A program made the position numbers and the translations under genes. DNA of 15,908 bases, taken from assembly GCF_042660085.1 (NCBI RefSeq), contig NZ_JBHSTI010000039.1, forward strand, positions 1 through 15,908. The letters run 5' to 3'. Within the stretch, counting starts at the first letter, position 1, and each line of letters starts with the position of its first letter. The notes beneath the pieces are model-generated. The model worked only from the letters and a program-made list of their open reading frames with translations, did no database searches and was not told the DNA's origin. The DNA comes from Longivirga aurantiaca. Lineage in GTDB: Bacteria; Actinomycetota; Actinomycetes; S36-B12; CAIYMF01. This document shows positions 14,830 through 15,908 of the stretch, piece by piece.

Positions 14830-15908
14830 GACGGCTCCCCGCGGCGGGCCGCGCTCTCGGCGGCGATGAGGATCGGGTCGTACACGGGCGAGTACGGCGG
14901 TGCGTAGGCGAGGTCGAGCGCGGTCAGGTCCGCCACGGTCATGCCCGTCTGCAGCGCGGTGGCCAGCACGTCGATCCGCTGGGCCGCGCCCTCACGTCCG
15001 ACCATCTGCGCGCCGAGGAGCCGGCCGCCCTGGCCGTGCACCAGCCGGACGTGCAGGGCCGAGCCGCCGGGGTAGTACTTGGCCCGGGTGCGGTGGACGA
15101 CGTCGGTCGCGAGGGCGGGGATCCCTGCCGCCTGCGCCTCGGCGAGCGTGAGCCCCGTGCGCGCCACCTCGAGATCGAACACCTTGACGACCGCGGTGCC
15201 GACGATGCCCGCGAACCGCGCTGAGCCTCCGGCGGCGACGGTCCCGGCCACCCGCCCGGTCTTGTTGGCCGTCGTGCCGAGGGGCACGTACGCCGGCATC
15301 CCCGTCACGAGGTGCTGCGGCGCCACGCAGTCGCCGGCGGCCCAGACGCCGTCCACCGTCGTCCGCATCTCCGGGTCGACGACGAGGGCGCCAGCCGGTC
15401 CGGTCTGCGCGCCGACCGCCGCGGCGAGGGTCGCCGCGGGCCGCACGCCGACGCTGACGACGGCGAGGTCGAGGCCCGGCAGGTCGACGGCGGTCGCATC
15501 GGTGCCCAGCCGGAGGTCGACGTGCTGGCGCACGTGCTCCTCCACCACGGCCGCGGGCTCCGGATCGAGGGTGGGCAGCACCTGCCCGAGGCGCTCCACG
15601 ACGGTGACCGAGCAGCCGCGCGCGACGAGCGCCTCGGCCATCTCCAGCCCGATGTACCCACCGCCGACGACGAGGGCCGACCCCACCTTGCCCGCGTCGA
15701 GGAGTCCGCGCAGGGCGATGGCCTCCTCGAGGGTGCGCACCGTGAAGGTGCGGTCGGCGCCGACCGCCGGCACCTCCACCTGCACGGGGGAGGCGCCGGC
15801 CGTGACCACGAGGCTCGAGTAGGAGAGCCGGTGCGTGCGGTCGGCCTGGCGGTAGAGGATCCAGCGCCCCTCGGCATCGAGCTCGGTCGCGGTCGCAGCC
15901 GTCCGGAC
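14826..15908 (-). CDS. FAD-dependent pyridine nucleotide-disulfide oxidoreductase (CoA-disulfide reductase / NADH oxidase-like), N-terminus beyond window end
   Basis: Frame stays open to 15908 (TATELDAEGRWILYRQADRTHRLSYSSLVVTAGASP). NAD-binding GSALVVGGGYIGLEMAEALVARGCSVTVVE, ATTVDGVWAAGDC-like MRTTVDGVWAAGDCVAPQH, and a dimerisation domain VVKVFDLEVARTGLTLAEA...AKYYPGG...GAQMVG. Confidence 0.87.
   Translation of the reverse strand, partial: VRTAATATELDAEGRWILYRQADRTHRLSYSSLVVTAGASPVQVEVPAVGADRTFTVRTLEEAIALRGLLDAGKVGSALVVGGGYIGLEMAEALVARGCSVTVVERLGQVLPTLDPEPAAVVEEHVRQHVDLRLGTDATAVDLPGLDLAVVSVGVRPAATLAAAVGAQTGPAGALVVDPEMRTTVDGVWAAGDCVAPQHLVTGMPAYVPLGTTANKTGRVAGTVAAGGSARFAGIVGTAVVKVFDLEVARTGLTLAEAQAAGIPALATDVVHRTRAKYYPGGSALHVRLVHGQGGRLLGAQMVGREGAAQRIDVLATALQTGMTVADLTALDLAYAPPYSPVYDPILIAAESAARRGEPS

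Noticed and set aside
7972-15908. Bacterial microcompartment locus (acylating aldehyde dehydrogenase present)
   Set aside because: No shell-protein (BMC-domain) genes or recognisable N-terminal encapsulation peptide seen in the window. Flanking sequence would be needed to exclude it completely.

Overview
High-GC actinobacterial-type chromosomal window. No rRNA, tRNA, CRISPR array or transposase was seen. Left part: a truncated OafA-like acyltransferase with a C-terminal SGNH-like domain (+) converges on a CapA-family lipoprotein (-). Next come an ECF-type sigma factor and a single-TM, Pro-rich membrane protein (-). A ~0.6 kb apparently non-coding region follows, with a strong hairpin and a diverged direct-repeat pair, and then two GTGA-coupled small ORFs (+). 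Right part (5.7-15.9 kb): a long minus-strand block read in the order NAD(P)H/FAD disulfide-reductase-like enzyme (truncated by window end), two SDR dehydrogenases, a two-subunit CoA-transferase-like pair, an NDP-forming acyl-CoA synthetase-like fusion, an acylating aldehyde dehydrogenase of the AdhE-N/SauS type, a MEDS-domain sensor and a PucR/CdaR-type regulator. Tight 4-bp stop/start overlaps suggest translational coupling. My best candidate for an undescribed system is this CoA-dependent alcohol/aldehyde catabolic locus and its MEDS+PucR regulatory pair. Its substrate cannot be determined from the sequence. All domain assignments come from reading the translated sequence; no database search was run.
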